A stretch of 47,267 nucleotides of DNA, from positions 1-47,267 of the forward strand of contig MEDY01000230.1 of NCBI GenBank assembly GCA_001724265.1, read 5' to 3'. The stretch is from Rhizaria sp. SCN 62-66. Lineage: Eukaryota. Made by a program: the position numbers and the translations under genes. Below, in pieces: positions 44,001 through 47,267 of this stretch. The first letter of the stretch is position 1. Each line of letters starts with the position of its first letter. The notes under the pieces were generated by a model, which saw only the letters and a program-made list of their open reading frames with translations, was not told the DNA's origin and did no database searches.

Positions 44001-46265
44001 GTCAATAGCTTCGGCGGCAGCGCCGGCAGCAACAACGCGAGCAGTGCTTTTGCCAACAGTGTGCTGCCGATGTCTCCCTATCTCGCAGGCAGCCCTGCGC
44101 ACGGTCAGTACCGCAACCCTGCTGCTGCTGCTGCTGCTGCTGCGGCAAGTAGTGCTACTGCGCTCGCTCAGTCCCCTTACTCTTACTCGCAGCCGGTGCC
44201 AGCGAGCGGGTACTTCAGCGGCTCTCTTCCCACCGACGGTACTTACACGCAACCCCCTTACATGGCCAACGCCAGCGCAAGCGGCTCCGCTGCGAACGCC
44301 GCTGCGAGCGGCGGCTTTGGCGCTGGGGCGGGTAACGAGACGGTGTTTTTGTCCCTCGCCCTCGCCTCGCTGGCAGCGAAGCTCCCCTTCATCGCGTGTC
44401 TGCGCGAGGACGCCGCCGCCGCCGCCGCCGCCGCAACCGCCGCAGCCGCAGCCGCCGCCGCTGCGGCTGCTGCGGGCAGTCCCACCTCAGGCGCGGACGT
44501 TGCCGCCGCCACGGCAGCCGCTACGGCCGCCGCGACCGCCGCCGACACCGCTGCGTCGACCGAGGCCGCCGCGACCGCCGCCTGGCACGAAGCAAGCGCA
44601 CCGCTGCGGCACGCTATCTCGTCGCTGCCGTCGCCCTACCTGCGCGCCGCGTTTCGCTTTCTCGCATACGCACCCACGTCCACTTACAATGTAAGTGGCG
44701 GGAGCCGTGGCAACGGGAATGTTTCGCTGTCGGTCGCGCACTTGCAGGAGACGCTGGCAGACACGGCCCTGCCGCTGCAGTTCCGCGTCGCGCTCGCGCT
44801 GCGTTACCTGCCGGACCGCGAGCTGGTGCGCTATCTGCGCGCCGAGACGGCCGCGGTGGTGCGCGCGGGCAGGCTGGACGGACTATTGCTCACGGGGCTG
44901 GTCCACACGGGCGGGAACAACGGCGGCAAGAAGCTGAAGGGTGCTGCTGCTGTTGGCAACGATCCCGCTCGCTCTGCTAAGCGCGACAACAGCAACGAGC
45001 GCAAGAGCGAAACCGACGCGACTGAGGACGAGGACGACGACTACGACGACGACGACGACGACTGTCCTGGCGATGGCATCAGCACGGGCCCGGCTGCAAA
45101 TGCGTTTCTCAGCAGCCTAACGCCGCCCTCGCCGCAATGGGCGCTGTCCGGCATCGGCAACGCGGCTGCTAACGCCAGTCAGAGCTGTGGTGGAAAGGCT
45201 GCAACGCCGCCGATGGCGATTGCACTGCTGCAGAACTACTTAGACCGCACCTCGGACATTCAGACCGCCGCGTTGCTGGGTACTTACACACTCGCGCTCC
45301 ACAACACCAACAACAGCAAGCCCAAGCCGCTGATCGCCGGCCCTGACGCACCCGCCAGCGCCACTGCGGCTGCGTCTGCCGCGGCGGCTGCGACTGCCGC
45401 GCTGGCTCCGGCCCGGTGGCTCGCTCAATACGCGAGCCTTCTGCAGCAGTGCAAGCTGTGGGGCGTCCGCGCGCGGCTCGACACTGCGCGCAACCTCCTT
45501 CTCACGCGCCTCCGTCCGCCCGTGAGCGCCGGCAATGGCAGCCGCAGCTATAGCGGCGGCGGCGGTGCGGCCGCGGGCAGTTTCTCAGGGCCGGTCACCG
45601 CCTCTGCAGTCATTGCCGCCCTTCCGGCCCCGGCCGGCACAGCGCGCGGCAGCCCTCTTGCCGCCGGCGGTCTCAGCGCCCCGCTACCGACCGGCGTCTG
45701 TGTCACCGGTCTTGCTGCGATTACGGCCGGCGCGGAGGCCAAGGCCCTGACGCGCTCGCTCCGCGTAGAAGCCTGGCCCATCTGCCCGCACTGTGCGTAC
45801 CCAATGTACGGGGCGGCGCGCCGCGCGACCGACAGCAACTGCAGCGGCTCAGGTAGCAACAGCAACTCAGGCAGCGCGGGCGCAGGCGCAAGCGGCGAGT
45901 CGAAGCAGGGCGCGGGCTCGAGCGGAGGCGGCGGCGGCGGCGGCAGTGTCGGGGGCGTGTGCGTCAAGTGTCGCCGCGGACTGCCTAAGTGCGCAATCTG
46001 TCTCGTCGGCGTCGACGTCACCAGCAGCAGCACTAACAGCAGCAGCAGCAGCAGCAGCGGCGGCGGCAGCAGTAGCAGCAGCGGCGGCAACGGGCTGAGG
46101 CCGGATAGGTGGCTTGTGTGGTGCGTCAAGTGCAAGCATGGCGGACACGCGGGGCACATTGACGCCTGGTTCAGGGCGCATAACGAGTGCCCTGTCGCAG
46201 AGTGCACGTGCCAGTGCAACTCTGCGGTGCCCGGCGCGGCGGCTCTGCTGGCAAAGCAGCAGTAA
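38030..46265 (+). CDS. MIOS: GATOR2 complex subunit MIOS/Sea4 (WD40 + C-terminal zinc ribbon/RING), about 2638 aa, 3 exons (38030-39593, 39750-42963, 43127-46265), one in-frame TAG (39188-39190)
   Basis: RHARPVQCLALSP, LAVGYDYMRGDHSVLIWDL, LRFFDLR, VKVWDFR, PYLRAAFRFL, LDGLLLTGL, LLQNYLDRTSDIQTA and C-terminal CVKCRRGLPKCAICL...WLVWCVKCKHGGHAGHIDAWF...CPVAECTCQC are MIOS-type motifs. Introns are phase-compatible. TAA stop. Confidence 0.92.
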
Positions 46266-46870
46266 ACGAAAATGCCTCTTGCGAACAGGCTCAGGTTCTT
46301 TTATCGTGTATTAAAGCTGACGTGAATTAGTGACGGAAAACGCGTCAATAGCCACTAGAATTTGCACAAATACATTAACTCGTAACTTTTTTAGTTAGGG
46401 GCTATAAGGGGTCATGGTTGTATGTAATATCAGGAGCATACTCGGCCACCAAACAATACAATACGTATCGTACAATTCCATCTTATCACGCGTTGTTTTC
46501 TTCAGGACAGAAATGTAAAAACTCGAGAACTGCGCTGAGTTCCAAGCTTCACGTTGGCCTGCGGAACTCAAACCAAGTGAGCTACCGATTGCGACTGCTT
46601 TTATCACCCACTTTCTCACTGTGGACAAGAGGACATATAAGTTCGAGAATAGACGTCAACATGCGTTATTCAGTGAGATACGGGAGAAAAGCGGCAGCCT
46701 TCTACCGACACTCAGCATCACACGAGGGCAAACGCCACCCACGGCTGTTTCGGGGCGTTTGGATATAAAAGTGGTGTTTCTTGTGTACACAGAGACCCCG
46801 AATAAAAAAGCTGTCTTACACAAATATAGCAAGTACCTACACATTTAATCATCTGAATATAACTGCTGCA

Positions 46871-47267
46871 ATGAAAACACTGTCTGTGTCCGTCGGTGGC
46901 GCTGTCGCTGCCTGAGCCGCACGCCTCCTTTTCTCCACTCTCCTCAACAGCGGCCACTTAGAGCGCCCCACTGCAGGCGCAGACCGCGCCCCGCTGGCCG
47001 CGGCCGCGCGTGCCGTGGCCGGCAGCGTTGCGTGTGATGCGGTGGTTACTCTGGACGCGTCGAACGTGCTGCTGCGGCCCGCCGCGGTCGCCGCAATGGC
47101 GGCCGCGGACCGCGCCGCGCCGCCTCTGTGGCCCTCCTGGCCGCCGCCGAGGCCGCGGTCGCCGCGGGGCGCGCGCTGAGCGAGCCCGCGGCGCGGCTGT
47201 CGACGGCGCACTTGCTCGAGACCGTTATGGTTCCCGCGCACGCGTTTGCGCTCGCGCGAGAGACGTT
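46871..47267 (+). pseudogene. Possible degraded or mis-assembled Ala-rich coding sequence running off the window end
   Basis: ATG at 46871, in-frame TGA at 46913-46915, then Ala-rich coding-like sequence that appears to switch frame near 47118. A minus-strand ORF (46849-47267) is the alternative reading. Confidence 0.3.

Noticed and set aside
1..47267. tRNA, rRNA, transposon or eRF1 genes that could explain the code change locally
   Set aside because: None recognisable by eye in this window; a tRNAscan-SE/Infernal run would be needed to exclude small RNAs.

Overview
Gene-dense eukaryotic (protist-like) nuclear DNA with GC-rich, Ala/Ser/Gly low-complexity exons and AT-rich spliceosomal introns and intergenic spacers. 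I reconstruct 12 genes: the 3' end of a nucleotide-sugar transporter, a CIB-type EF-hand protein, a secreted RelA/SpoT-like nucleotidyltransferase, a consortin-like membrane protein, a giant DH-PDZ protein, an RGS-C2-PTEN fusion, an S28 peptidase-like protein, a MORN-repeat protein, the GATOR2 subunit MIOS/Sea4, and three orphan secreted proteins. The main result is that seven in-frame TAG codons interrupt five otherwise intact genes, one inside a CAG (poly-Gln) run within a conserved MIOS WD40 blade. With TAG read as sense, all 12 genes end in TAA (10) or TGA (2). This points to a non-standard nuclear genetic code in which UAG alone is a sense codon, most likely Gln. Family calls come from motif recognition by eye, not database searches.
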